Positions 10,624-21,960 of a DNA stretch of 64,000 nt are shown one piece after another. A program made the translations under genes and the position numbers. Under the pieces are notes generated by a model that saw nothing but the letters and a program-made list of their open reading frames with translations, was not told where the DNA came from and did not search any database. The stretch's first letter is position 1; each line of letters opens with the position of its first letter. Source of the DNA: Prasinococcaceae sp. CCMP 1430 (lineage: Eukaryota > Plantae > Prasinodermophyta); assembly GCA_013416795.1 (NCBI GenBank), contig RQSC01000009.1, positions 154,480 to 218,479 on the forward strand, given 5' to 3'.

Positions 10624-11565
10624 CTGCGCGCGGCGCCCCGCAAGGCCGCCGCGGTCGCCGCCGAGGCGGAGGCCGTCGCGCCTTCGCCCGCCGAGCAGGT
10701 GCGCTCCGTGCTGTCGCTCGTGCGCGAGGGCACGCTCTCGGTGCACACCGCGTCGGGCTGGCCGCTGGGCGTGCACTGCGACTTCGCGCTGGACTCGGCC
10801 GTCGCGCCCATCCTGCGCGTGGTGTCGGACGAGCCCGCGGCCGAGGCGCTGGCCGCGGACGCGCGGTGCTCGCTGCACGTCGACGCCACGCACACCATGG
10901 GCTGCCAGATCGCGCTGCGCGGCGAGGCCGTCGCGCTGGGCGCCGACGAGGCGCTCGCGGCGGAGGCGGCCTTCGCCGCCATGGGCCTCGCGGCCGCCGC
11001 GAGCGACCTGCGGAGGCTCGAGGTGGACGCCGTGCTGTACTCCGGGCCGCACGCCGAGAGCTCGTGGGTGGACGCGAGGAGCTACGTCGAGGCGGAGGTT
11101 GACCCGCTCGCGGAGTGTGCCGCCGGCATCGTCGAGGACTTCAACACCAAGTACGCGCCGGAGCTGCAGGGCGTCGTCAGCGCCAACGGTGAGGCGCGCG
11201 AAAGCGCGCACGCGCGAGAGGACACAATCACACACAACACGCACGCACGCACGCGCGTGCACGCACGCACGCACGCATGGAGCCGCGGCGGCACGGCGTG
11301 CGGCGCGCTGACGCGCAGCACTCACACACACACACACGCAACACATGTCCTAGGCGGCGCGCCCATGGGCAGCACCGGCGTGATGACGTGGATCGACAAG
11401 CTGGGCTTCGACATGAGCATCCGGTACCCGGAGGGCCCCGACGGCTCCGAGGGCGCCGTGCGCGCCGTGCGCATCCCCTTCGACCGGCCGGTCATCGACG
11501 AGACCGACGCGCGCTCCGCCGTCACCATGATGACGCACCTCGCGTGGAAGCGCGGCGCGCGCTAG
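10624..11565 (+). CDS. PGR7: Glutamyl-tRNA reductase-binding protein (GBP/PGR7; PNPOx-like + DUF2470); intron 11189-11353; 5' end in gap
   Basis: GWPLGVHCDFALD, WVDARSYVEAEVDPLAECAAGIVEDFN, MTWIDKLGFDM and VRIPFDRPVIDETDARSAVTMMTHLAW correspond in order to Arabidopsis GBP motifs as I recall them (GWPLGVGVRFAVD, MIWMDRLGFDL, VRIPFPMEVTDEKGAKSSFNGMSQLAW). Confidence 0.85.
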   Translation: MRAAPRKAAAVAAEAEAVAPSPAEQVRSVLSLVREGTLSVHTASGWPLGVHCDFALDSAVAPILRVVSDEPAAEALAADARCSLHVDATHTMGCQIALRGEAVALGADEALAAEAAFAAMGLAAAASDLRRLEVDAVLYSGPHAESSWVDARSYVEAEVDPLAECAAGIVEDFNTKYAPELQGVVSANGEARESAHAREDTITHNTHARTRVHARTHAWSRGGTACGALTRSTHTHTHATHVLGGAPMGSTGVMTWIDKLGFDMSIRYPEGPDGSEGAVRAVRIPFDRPVIDETDARSAVTMMTHLAWKRGAR

Positions 11566-11986
11566 GGCCCGCGGGGCGCGCCGCACGCCGCGCCGCTAAG
11601 AGGGGCGCATTTTTGGAGCCACGCGCCCGCGAGCGCGCCCGCGCACATGCACATGCACGCACACACACACGCCCATCGCGCGCGGTGCGGCCGTTCGCGA
11701 GCCGGGGCGCTTCACTTACGTGCCCCGGACACTTTCTCCTCGAGCTGCAAGCGCGCGCGCGCGCGCGCGCGCGCGCCTACGCCCCCTCTCGCTAGTGGCG
11801 GCGCGGCCGGGCGGGCCGCGGCCGCTGTGTGTTCTGTCTGTGCGTCCATGTGCGCGCCTGCGTGTGAGCGCGCCCGCCCGCCCGCGTGCACGTGTGTGTG
11901 CGCGCGCGCGAGGCGCGTGCGATCGCCTCCGCCGCCTTCACTCCCCCCCGAACCACAACCACACGCACACACACGCACACACACGC

Positions 11987-12993
11987 TCACCGCGGGAGCA
12001 TGTGGCTGTGCAGCGCGTTCCAGAACGCGGGCACGTCCGCCGCGCTAAGCTCCACGCAGTCGCGGAAGTCGGCGGGCAAGGTCGCGCCGAGCGCGCCAAA
12101 GTCCACCGGGTCGAAGTCGACGGCACCGGGGTCGGCAGGCGCGCCGTCCTCGCCGGGGCCCGCGGGGCTAAGTTCGAAGGCGAAGCCGCTCGCACGGTGG
12201 CGCAGCGCCAGCGTGCCTGCGCCGCTGCCGCCGTGTGAGCCCTCCACGATGTCCACTCCCAGCAGGAGCGACAGCACCGATGTGCCTGCCACGGAAGGCA
12301 ACGACGGGGCGGGCGCGGGCGCGGCCCGCAGCCGCCGGAGCTCCCCCTCCGCGCGCGCGAGTCGCTCCTCCGCGCAGCGCCTGCCCTCCGTCGCCTCGGC
12401 CGCCCGCGCGTCCGCCGCCTTGGCGCCCGCCTCGAGCTCGACGCCCCTTTTACGTCGCAGAGCGCGCCGTCAGCGCCCACGCCGTCGGGGGTTCGGAAGA
12501 GAAACGCACACGCACGCCACCACACGCGCGCACGCGCGCACGCGCGCACGCCACCACACGCGCACACACGCACCTGTTTTGCAGCTCCAGGTAGGCGCCC
12601 TCTTGCGCGAGCAGCGCCTCCTTGAGCGCCGCCGCCTCTCCCCGCGCACCCGCGAGTTCTGCGCGCCCGGCCCCGCCGCGCGCGCACGCCTCGCGCGCGC
12701 GCTGCGCCTCCCCCCGCGCGTGCTCCACCGCGCGCGCCGACGCCGCCTCGTGCGCCGCCATCGCCGCGGACTGCTCGTCCAGCAGCGCCTGCGCGCCCTC
12801 GATGCGCTCTCCCTTGAGACGCTGGTAGCGCTCGTACAGCTATTTCGTTGAGGCAAGCGAGCGAGCCAGCGAGGAACCCGCCACGCGGCGCGCGTCAGAG
12901 GCGCGTGCGCGCCAAATGCGAGGCGCGAAGCGAAGCTCCGTGCGTGCGCGTGTGCCTGTGAGCGAGTGTGCGAATGCGTGTGCGCGTTCGCAA

Positions 12994-13026
<33 letters not shown>

Positions 13027-13281
13027 CGCGCACCTTGTTGTAGCGCTCAACCAGCGCGTCGTACGCCGCGTCCGCCTCCTTGGCCGCCTTGGCCGCCGCG
13101 GCGGCCACCTCTGACTTCGGCTTTGTCGACACCTCCGCCGCACCCTCGCCCGCCTTCGCCGTCGGAGTGGTGGCGCCGCGCGCTGCCGCCGCGACGCCCG
13201 CAGACGCCTTGGCCTTCTTCGCCGCCTTGGGCGCGGCGCCGCCGGCCTTCTTCGCCGCCTTGGCGGGCTGCGAGCGAGCGA

Positions 13282-13337
<56 letters not shown>

Positions 13338-14188
13338 GTATGTCAGATGCGTGCGTGTGCGTGCGCGTGTGTCAGCTGCGTGCGTGTGCGTGCGTATGTG
13401 CGGGCGCGTGTGTGTGCTCGGCGCACCTGCTTGGCCTGTGCGGGCGCGGGCGCCTTGGCCTTCGTCGCCTTCGTTGCCGCGGTCTTGGGCTTCTTGGCGG
13501 CGACCTTTGCCGGCGCGGGCGCCGCAACCGGCGCGGGCGCCGCGACCTCCCACGACGCGACCGCCGGCGCCTCGGCCGGGGCGGGCGCCGCGGCCACCGC
13601 GGGCTGCGTGTGCGCATGCGCATGCGCGTGCTACGCGTGTCAGCTGTGCGTTTCCGCGCGTGTGCATTTGCGCGCGCGCACGCGCGTGTATGTGCTTGGC
13701 GCACCTGCGGCGCGGCCTCTGCGGGCGCGGGCGCGGCCTCTGCCTCGGCGGGGGCCTTGCGCTTCTTCGACGGCGCCGCCTTGGGCGCGGGGGCCTTGGC
13801 ACCCTTCTTGGGCGCCTTCTTGGGCGCAGTGCCCGCGTTCTCCTGCGGTCGCGGTCGGGGCGAGACGGGGCGGGGCGGAGCGCGAGGCAAACGTCGAGCG
13901 CCCACGCACCCGCGTGCGTCAGGTCAAGCGCATGCGCCAGATGCGCGAGCGGGCGAGCGCAGGCGTGCATGCGCGCGCGCGTGCGCGAGTGCGTGTGTGC
14001 GCGCGCGCGAGCGCGAGTGCGCGAGCGAGCGCGAGCAGCGCGCTCACCTTGAACGACTCAGGCGCGAAGCGCACGGACGCCCTGCGGCGCGCTTCCTCCT
14101 TCTTCATCCACGTGGGCGTGCACGTGCCGCCCGTCGACCCCCGGCTGGTGTAGTCGACGGCGGAGTTGCGCTCGCGCAGCGTCACCAT
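11987..14188 (-). CDS. CSM1: Csm1/TITAN9-like monopolin subunit with a Lys/Ala/Pro-rich N-terminal extension, about 6 exons
   Basis: Spliced model: MVTLRERN...|PAKK-rich exons|...YDALVERYNK|LYERYQRLKGE (coiled coil)...|LLLGVDI...LRHRASGFAFEL...FGALGATLPADFRDCVELSAADVPAFW (RWD-like). Resembles the TITAN9 pattern LYDKYTKLK / HQSSGYSFSL / LGTFQRVAPEWM. GT-AG introns with microsatellites. Confidence 0.7.
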
Positions 14189-14248
14189 GGCGGCCGGCGC
14201 GGCGATGCGCGGCGGGGGCGGGCGCGCGGGGCGGCGCGGTCTCTGCAC

Positions 14249-15315
14249 CTCCATGCTGCTCTTCTTTTCCTCCTCAGTCATTTCGTCCCAAGTCTTCCTC
14301 GAGTCCTCGTCCTCCTGAATCTCCCTGTAGATTTCCAGATGGCCCTTCTCCTCCCCGCCCTCGTAGAACGACTTCCAGAAGTACCCGTCGTCCTTGGGCA
14401 GCGCGACGTGCACCTCGTCGTCCTCGAGCGTCCACACCGCCTCCGAGGCCTTGACTCGCCGCTTCAGAGGCCCGTCGAATACCCGACCGTACCAGTGCAA
14501 CGTGACGCATAGACGCGTTGGGCTGATGTCCACCTGCAGATCTCGCGGGCGCGTGCCTTTGGGGACCTGGATGTACCCGTGGACATCGGCAACGCCCTGA
14601 TTCCAGCGCAATTTCTTGTGCAGTGGCGTGTTGAGCCACGAATTACGCGCGCATCGCAGCGCATCGGGCACCCGGCTGTCGAAGCCCTTGACGTCGCGGA
14701 CGCCATCTTCGTCGTACGCACCGTCGACGCCCGTGCTAGTGCCGTCAGCGTCCTCGTCGACAATGTCAGCGATGGCGGCGCCCCCAGCCTCCACGACAGC
14801 CGCGCGTGACTGCTCGTTCTCCATTTCGTCGATGTCGTCGCGCATATCGAGGAACCAGGGTCGAACGGCCGGCGCTGCTGTGTGCGCCGCCGTGCTCGCG
14901 CTTGCTTTTGCGGCATCGCCAGCACCGACGCCATCGATCGCGTCAAGCTCTGGCGTTGGTGCGGGCACGTGCGGTACTGCACTATCGCTCTCGGCTGCTG
15001 GGGATGGCGCTGCCCCCGCTGGGGCTACCACGGTTTCAGCACCAATCGCACCGGTGTCGACTTTGCCGCCACCAGCGGCGCGGCCTGCCACACGTTGGCG
15101 CCGCCGCTCGCCATCGCGGACGCGGCGTTTGGGCCCGCCGAAGAAACCCGTTTTGATCACACCGGCTTCCTTGTCATCATTTGCAGCAGATGGTGCCGCT
15201 GCCCGTGCGGCGGAAGCCGCCTTCACCTTGGGCTTGCCCGAGAGAGAGTCCTGAGCGAGCTCGCTCGCTTCCTTTGCTGGCGCCGCGCCCCCGGCAGGGG
15301 TGGCAGCGGCGCTGC
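14249..15315 (-). CDS. CS-domain (NudC/p23-like) protein, truncated at both ends
   Basis: RWNQGVADVHGYIQVPKGTRPRDLQVDISPTRLCV...FDGPLKRRVKASEAVWTLEDDEVHVALPK..FWKSFYEGG is a CS domain. 5' end at N 15316; possible donor GTGCAG at 14248. Confidence 0.75.
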
Positions 15316-15316
15316 N

Positions 15317-15581
15317 GCCGGCGCGCGAGCGGCGCGGGGTCGCCGTGTGCGGGCTGTTCGGCCTGGGCGCGCCCGAGCTGCTGGTGGTGGGCGGCGTGGC
15401 GGCGCTGCTGTTCGGTCCCTCCAAGCTGCCGGAGCTGGGCAAGTCGCTGGGCAAGACGGTCAAGGCTGCCAAGGAGGCGGCGAACGAGTTCACCGAGGAG
15501 GTGAACCGCGCGGCGACGGAGGACGAGGAGGCGCCCGCGGCTCCCCCCGCTTCCGAGGAGGCGCCGCCCAAGTCCGAGTGA
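15317..15581 (+). CDS. tatA: Thylakoid Tat translocase TatA/Tha4; transit peptide truncated at N 15316
   Basis: LFGLGAPELLVVGGVAALLFGPSKLPELGKSLGKTVK...AANEF is the TatA TM plus amphipathic helix. Confidence 0.92.
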
Positions 15582-16344
15582 GCCGGCGAGCGTGTAAGCG
15601 TACGTGAGTGGACCGCAGATCTGCACGCGGCGGCGGCCGCCGGGGCTGCCTGCGGCGCGCGCATCCGCAGTCGCCGCGCCGGACCCGCAGCTACCAGCGC
15701 ACTCCCCCATCACGCGCGCGCGCCCGGCTTCGGGCGGCCTGCAGCGCCAGATGGCGTCGGTGGGCTGCTCCTCGGTGGAAGCCCCGTCGAACACCTTGAA
15801 TTGCCCTTGCTCGTCCTCGCGCCGGGCCCGATCTGGAGGCCGCGTGCGCGAGCGGCGCCCTCTCGCGCGCTCCAGCGCCGCCTCGGCGCCCCGGCCGCGC
15901 GCGGCGGGCTGGCTCACCTCCGCCCCCTTCCAGCGGGGCCCGATCACGAGCGGAAGAGCGCGCGCGGGTCCTCTCCAGGGCCGGCGCGCGGGCGATCGCC
16001 GCCGTCGGCTCCTCAGCGCCGCCACAGGCGCCGCTCGCCCCCTCCCCGCCGACCTCGACCCCGGCCCCGGCCTCGGCCGGCGCCCGCTGGCCCAGCCCCA
16101 GCTCCTCTGCGCGCACCTCGGAGGGTTCAGGGCTGACGAGCGACCCGGCCCCATGCTTTGAAAGTGTAGACCCGCGTTTTAACCTTAACCTTAATTCAGG
16201 GAGGTGTGGTAGTTTGGGTTTTGACGTTATCCTCTGTGCGCCGGCGCGCTGCTGCGGGCCACACGCCACCGCGGCGCACAGGCACGCGCCGGAGCGCGCC
16301 GCTGCGGCATGGCGGCGGCGGCGGCGCTCCCCTCCCGCGTCCCN

Positions 16345-16609
16345 CTTCCAGTGGTACCGCTCGGATCCGTCCGCGAGCACATACTCGGTGCTCAAGGGAT
16401 GCAACTCGCCCATCCTCTTCGCGAGCGCGGACGATGTGGGCTGCAGGCTGCGAGTGGCGAGGGCGAGGGCCCCGCCGCCGCCGCCGCCGCCGCCGCCCCG
16501 CGCGCGCGGAGCGCTGACCCGCGGCGCTTGGCCCACCCAGTACGACTTGGACGTCAAGCTCGCCAAGTCTCCGCCTTCTCCGAAGGCGCCGCAGCGGAAG
16601 AAGAAGTAG
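16345..16609 (+). CDS. Gene fragment: Ig-like exon (FQWYRS...SADDVGCRLRV) and a terminal exon (YDLDVKLAKSPPSPKAPQRKKK*)
   Basis: QWYR...ADDVG.L.V resembles A9/SCAB-type Ig domains. Branch GCTGAC and CCAG acceptor precede the last exon; 5' truncated at N 16344. Confidence 0.4.
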
Positions 16610-16721
16610 CTCCTCGTGGCGGGCGGTCTCCCGGGCGCGGACGCGTGCGACGCGCCGCTGGCGGGGAGCACATTGTAACATATTACGTGTGTTGGCGCGC
16701 GCTCGAGGGAGCGCGCGCGCG

Positions 16722-18425
16722 TCACGGGCGCCTCAGCTTGGCGTCAGGCCCCTCGGGCTGCACCACGCCCAGGTCGAGCGCCTGCTCGACCGAGACGGCC
16801 GCCGAGCGCGGGTTGGCGCCGGCGGCCAGGCGAAAGCCCTCGTTCAGGCCCATCGCCCAGTGCGCGCCGGCGAGCAGGCTGTCCAACGCGCGCACGTGCC
16901 GCGGCTGGTGGCCGTCGGGCGACACGCGGGCGTCGCCCACGCCGGGGCGCGCCGCCTCGAGGAAGCGCTCGGTGGCGGCCTCCCAGGTGAGCATGTGGCG
17001 GTGCTCGGGCTGCAGGGGGGTCGGCTGCGACGACAAGCAGTGCGCCACGTGCGCGGAGAACTCCTCCGGGGTGCTGTACAGGTAGGCGTTGGGAAAGGCC
17101 TTGAAGAACTGGTTGGAGGGGTTGTCCTTGAGCACCACGAACTTGCCCATCGCGAGCGCCTCGGCGGTGCACGTGCACAGCACGTCCGACTCGGAGGGGT
17201 TGACGAACACCTTGTAGCCGTGCACGCGCTTGTTGGCGTGGTCGAGGGGGCCCAGCATGTGCACGTCCAGCGCGCGATCCTGCGCGAGGGCCTTCACCGC
17301 CTCGAGGTCCTCGCCGCCGCCGTAGGCGTCGATGGCGAAGGCCCGCCCGTCGCGCTCCTTCTGGTCGCGCATGAGGTCGAGGAGCTCTCGGTAGCCCTTC
17401 GACCACAGGCACTTGCCCACGAAGTACGCGCCCTTCCCGAACGCCTCCTCGCCCGCGTCCGCGCTGGCGTGCTGCGCGTCGCCGATGGCCAGGAAGTGCG
17501 GGCACACGCCGTGCACGTTGGTGGTGATGGAGCGCGGCAGCTCCTGCACCGCGTCGCTCAGCTTGATGACCTTGTCGCAGTACGAGCGGCACATCCACTT
17601 GTTGATGTACCGCAGCGACAGCGCCTTCCACTTGCCGCCGGCCTCGTGGCGGGCGTACTCCAGGTAGTTCGTGTGCATCACGCCCACCACGTGCGAGAAG
17701 CGGTCCGTCCAGCGCTCGCCGTGGTGGTACCAGTTCAGGTGCTCGGGCTCCTCGAGCACCGCGACGTCGGCCGCGCCCTCGGGGATGAACGACGTGATGT
17801 CGCCGTCGGCGAGGATCGAGCCGTACTCCTTCGAGTACCTGCCCGGGTAGAAGTTGATGCGGAAGTCCGCCTCGAAGCCCACGCGCCGCGCCAGCCAGTC
17901 GCGGATCCACTCCTCCTGCGCCGCGGGCGTCTCGAACACGAGCGAGCCGGGGTACACGCGGTGCTGGTCCTGGCGGCCGAGCCACGGCACCACCAGCGTC
18001 ACCTGCGTGCCGCCCTTGGCCAGGAAGGCGGCGCGCAGCAGCGGGTTCACGGCGGTGCCCGTCATCCAGGGCAGCGACGCCGTGGTGACGATGGCGACCT
18101 TGCTCTTGGCGAGGTCGGCGGGCGGGGCGGGCCTGCGCCGCGCCAGCCTTCGCGCGGCGTCCGCGTCCTCCCCCGCCTCGCTCGCCGACGCGGCCGCCTC
18201 GGCCTGCCGGCGCCGCCTCGAGAGGTTGTGGGGCGTGAAGGGCAGCAGCGCCATCGCGCGCGCCAGCACGCGCGGCGGCGAGGGCCTCTGGCGGTCGTCC
18301 ACCCACCCCTCCTGCTCGGCGCGGAGGCGCTCCTGCTGCTGGGCCATCGCGCGGTCGACGCGCTCCTTGAGCTGCTCGACGCTCTGCCGCGCCGCCTCCC
18401 TGAGCGCGACGAGCGGGTTCGCCGG

Positions 18426-18459
<34 letters not shown>

Positions 18460-18573
18460 GCCGCCCCGCCGCCCGCCGCGGCGGGCGGGCCCTCCGGCCG
18501 CTGCTGCTGCGGCAGCGGCAGCGGGAAGGGCAGGGCGGGCGCGCCGCCCTCCGCGACGAACGCCCCGTGCGGC
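16722..18573 (-). CDS. DGD1: Digalactosyldiacylglycerol synthase (GT4) with N-terminal coiled-coil/polyQ extension; 5' end at N 18574
   Basis: IVTTASLPWMTGTAVNPLLRAAFL, FYPGRYS...SIL, LEEPEHLNWYHHG, HTNYLEY, KVIKLSDAVQ, KVFVNPSESDVLCTCTAEALAMGK. Confidence 0.95.
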
Positions 18574-18574
18574 N

Positions 18575-18990
18575 CCTCGGCGGGCTGCAATTATCCAAGG
18601 AGCAGGCCAAGGCCATCGCGCAATGGTGCAGCCTGGCGCTCATCGGCATACTGACGGTCCTTTCGCTGCGGCGCTTCGCCGTGACCTCAATGAGGGTGGC
18701 GCGACTGGCCGGTGGCACGGCCGCGGTGCGTGGGGTGGCGGGCACGACGTCGCTTCTGCTCTTCGTCACTGAGATCATGGGCTTGTATTTCCTGTCGAGC
18801 GTGCTGCTCATCCGCGTTAACTTGCGTGACGACCACAGGCTCGCCATCGAGGAGGCCATGGGCGGCGACGTGCCCTTCGAGCACTTCCACAGGCTGTTCG
18901 ACAAGGTGTTCTGCGTTTCAGCCGCGTTTACTGCGCTCTCGCTCTACACCCACCACGCCGCCAATGCCGATGACTCGCCCACGCTCGCCC
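18575..18990 (+). CDS. GPR89: GPR89/GTG/COLD1 (Golgi pH regulator-like) C-terminal fragment
   Basis: SLALIGILTVLSLRRF...LLFVTEIMGLYFLSSVLLIRVNL...GGDVPFEHFHRLFDKVFCVSA matches GTG1/COLD1. No clean stop: the frame runs into (GC)n at about 18993. Confidence 0.85.
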
Positions 18991-19800
18991 ACGCGCGCGC
19001 GCGCGCGCGCCTGCCCCGCCTGCGCGCGAAAAACGCGCGCGCAAACGCGAAAAGAAAAAAGATTTATTTAAAAAAAAGGAAAAACGCACGCACGCGCACA
19101 AACACGCAGCCAAAAAAGGAGCTTTAAAAAAAAAAAATCTACTCGGGGGCCTCATCGGGATGTTTTCCCCACCGCGCAATCTTTTTTTTTTTCGACGGCG
19201 CGCGCGCGCGCGGCCGCGCGCGGCCGCGCGACCTTAGCCGTCGGATTCCGCGGTTCCCGTCGCGGCGCGGCGCCGCCGGCGGAAAGTCCCGATCGTCGGC
19301 ACCACGACGGGTCGAATTCCGGACGGCCGGCCCCGGATTTTTTTTTGTGCGTGAACGCCCCGCGCGCGCGTCTCGCGCGCGTCATGTGATGTGATACTGT
19401 ACGTTCTAAGAGTACCATCACGATGCATGCAGGGCGTCCAAAATCAAAAATGCGACGGATGCGTGCCGATGCCATTTTTTTTAAAGTCTTTAATCAATGT
19501 GCGCATCGCGGCGAATTTTTTGGCAATCAAAATCGACGGATCGGACGCAATCGCCATCGAATTGAGTTGTTGCGCCGCGCGATGCTGCAACGGACGGCCG
19601 AATTGCGGGTTCCCGGAAAAATCTACTTCCGCATGCGTTTCGGGCCTCCCCCCCCGCACACAACACGCGCAAGCATTCGCCGCAGGGCGCGCGCGTTTCG
19701 CGGGCGCGCTTTCGCGCGCGCGCGGGCCGCGCGCGCNNNNNNNNNNNNNNNNNNNNNNNNNNNNNNNNNNNNNNNNNNNNNNNNNNNNNNNNNNNNNNNN

Positions 19801-21195
19801 GCCGGCGACGGCGCGGCGGCGGCGGCGCCGGGCGAGCTGCGCGCGCCGGTGACGATGGCCGAGTGCGAGAAACACTCGACGCCGGACGACTGCTGGCTGG
19901 TGATCGACGGCGCGGCGTACGACGTCACGAGCTTCATCGACAAGCACCCGGGCGGCGCCATGATCTACGTCCGCGCGGGGCGCGACTGCACGCAGATCTT
20001 CGACAGCTACCACCAGGACAGGGTGCGCGCGATGCTGCCCAAGTTCAAGGTCGCCGATGTGTCGGACTACGCCCCGGGCAAGAGCAACAGCGCCGACGTG
20101 CTGGTGTACGGCGACGAGGGCGGCTTCTACCGCGAGCTGAAGAAGCGCGTGGCGGCCAAGTTCAGGGCGACGGGCAAGAACCCGCGCTACCACCCGGAGA
20201 TGCTCATAAAGTCGTTCGTCATCCTCGCGGGCGTCGCCGCCTCCTACTACGGCACCTACTGGGCGATGCCCGGGCGCTTCGCGGCGTCCCTGGCGTGCGC
20301 CGTGCTGCTGGGCTTCTTCCGCGCGGAGGTGGGCATGAGCATCCAGCACGACGCCAACCACGGCTCGTACACCACCTCAAACAACCTGGGCTACGTGATG
20401 GGCCTCACGCTCGACATGGTGGGCGCCAGCAGCTGGGTGTGGAAGCAGGTGCACGTCAACGGCCACCACGCGTACACCAACGTGCCCTCGCACGACACGG
20501 ACGTGTGGGTGGACAGGGATGGCGACGTGCGCCGCATCGTGGAGGGCACGCCGCACTACTGGTACTACAAGTTCCAGGCGTTCTACCTGCCCTTCCTGTA
20601 CGGCGCGCTCTCGCTCAAGTCCATCATCGGCGACCTGACGCTCATCCGCACGCAGCTCTTCGGCGACACCCACCGCTTCGTGGCGCCCACGAAGAAGGAG
20701 GCCGTGCTCTTCTGGGCGCTCAAGGCGGCCAGCCTGGCCTACCTCGTCGCGCTGCCGCTCGCGTGCAGCCCGCACGGGACGCTCGGGGCCTTCGCGCTCT
20801 TCATGACCGAGGAGTGGACGTGCGGCCTCACGCTGGCGTACATGTTCCAGGTGGCGCACGTGAGCACGGCCGCGGTCTTCCCCGAGGCCAAGGACGGCAA
20901 GGTGGCCATGGGCTGGGCCACCGCGCAGTGCGCGACCACGATCAACTTCGCGCCGGGCAACTGGTTCTGGACGCACGTCTCGGGCGGCCTCAACCACCAG
21001 GTGGAGCACCACCTCTTCCCGGGCATCTGCCACATGCACTACCCCATGCTCGCGCCGATCGTCAGGGAGACCTGCGAGGAGTTCGGCGTGCCCTACCTGA
21101 GCTACCCCACCTTCTGGGGGGCCTTCATGTCGCACTGGGAGCACATGCACAAGGTGGGGCAGCCCATCAAGGTGCCCACGCTCGGCGACGCGTGA
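19801..21195 (+). CDS. Front-end fatty acid desaturase (cytochrome b5 fusion; delta-5/delta-4 type); start at 19855 or within gap 19737-19800
   Basis: HPGG heme motif; His boxes HDANH, HVNGHH and QVEHHLFP; intronless. Confidence 0.93.
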   Translation, partial: AGDGAAAAAPGELRAPVTMAECEKHSTPDDCWLVIDGAAYDVTSFIDKHPGGAMIYVRAGRDCTQIFDSYHQDRVRAMLPKFKVADVSDYAPGKSNSADVLVYGDEGGFYRELKKRVAAKFRATGKNPRYHPEMLIKSFVILAGVAASYYGTYWAMPGRFAASLACAVLLGFFRAEVGMSIQHDANHGSYTTSNNLGYVMGLTLDMVGASSWVWKQVHVNGHHAYTNVPSHDTDVWVDRDGDVRRIVEGTPHYWYYKFQAFYLPFLYGALSLKSIIGDLTLIRTQLFGDTHRFVAPTKKEAVLFWALKAASLAYLVALPLACSPHGTLGAFALFMTEEWTCGLTLAYMFQVAHVSTAAVFPEAKDGKVAMGWATAQCATTINFAPGNWFWTHVSGGLNHQVEHHLFPGICHMHYPMLAPIVRETCEEFGVPYLSYPTFWGAFMSHWEHMHKVGQPIKVPTLGDA

Positions 21196-21619
21196 GCGGA
21201 GCCGGTGGGTGGCGTGGGTGGCGGGCCGGCCCGCCACAAGCACTCCCCCCTTGTCAATTTTTGCCCTCCCTGCATCCCTGCGGCAGCGCAGAATGGGCGC
21301 CTGCGCTGCTCCTGGCGGAGGAGCCTGTGTAAGTTACCTCGTGTGTGTGATTGTTCGCACGTCGTGCACGCGTGTCGCACGTTTGCATGTTTTTGGTGTG
21401 GGTGTGGGTGTGGGTATGTGGGGGGGGGGGCACAGCGTGGCACCTCTCTCTCCCTCTCTCTCTCTCTAGCCCGCCGCGCCCGAGGGGATGGCGCAAGAGG
21501 CGCGCGCGTGCAGGCGTCCCGGGGGGGCGAAGGCCAGCGCGATGGGTGTGCTGGCGGCACGCACGGCGAGTACAGCATGGTATGGTACATGTACATGCAC
21601 GGCGAGCGTCTCAAGCGCA

Positions 21620-21960
21620 CTACGCCGCGCCGCCGCCCGCGGCTGCCTGCGGTGGTGCGGTGTCGGCGCCGACGGCCGTGAGCATCGCGTCGCAGAGCTC
21701 GACGAATGCTGGGTGGTCCTTCTGCGCGGCCTCGAGCGCGGCCTCGGCGTGGCGGGCGCCGCGCTCCCACTGCGCGTCGATGTGCCGCAGGACCTCCGGC
21801 ACGCCGCGCACGCGCACCGCGTCGCGCACCGCGTCGCTGCGCGCGAGCGACTGGAGCTGCCGCATGCTCAGGCGGCCCGCCTCGGCGAGCATGTCCTCCA
21901 TGCCACCCGTGTCGCTCGTGCCTGCGTCCTTGGCAGTCTCGCTCGGCACGGGGGCGCGCG
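21620..21960 (-). CDS. ZNHIT3: ZNHIT3/Hit1-like C-terminal (box C/D snoRNP assembly) fragment; zf-HIT not seen
   Basis: LQSLARSDAVRDAV....EVLRHID...ALEAAQ...FVELCDAMLTAV resembles the helical ZNHIT3 C-terminal domain. Confidence 0.5.

Noticed and set aside
15604-16160. Possible spliced minus-strand gene (…WKGAE or …LEGGG | DRARREDEQGQFKVFDG…)
   Set aside because: Frame and start are ambiguous and no family is recognised.
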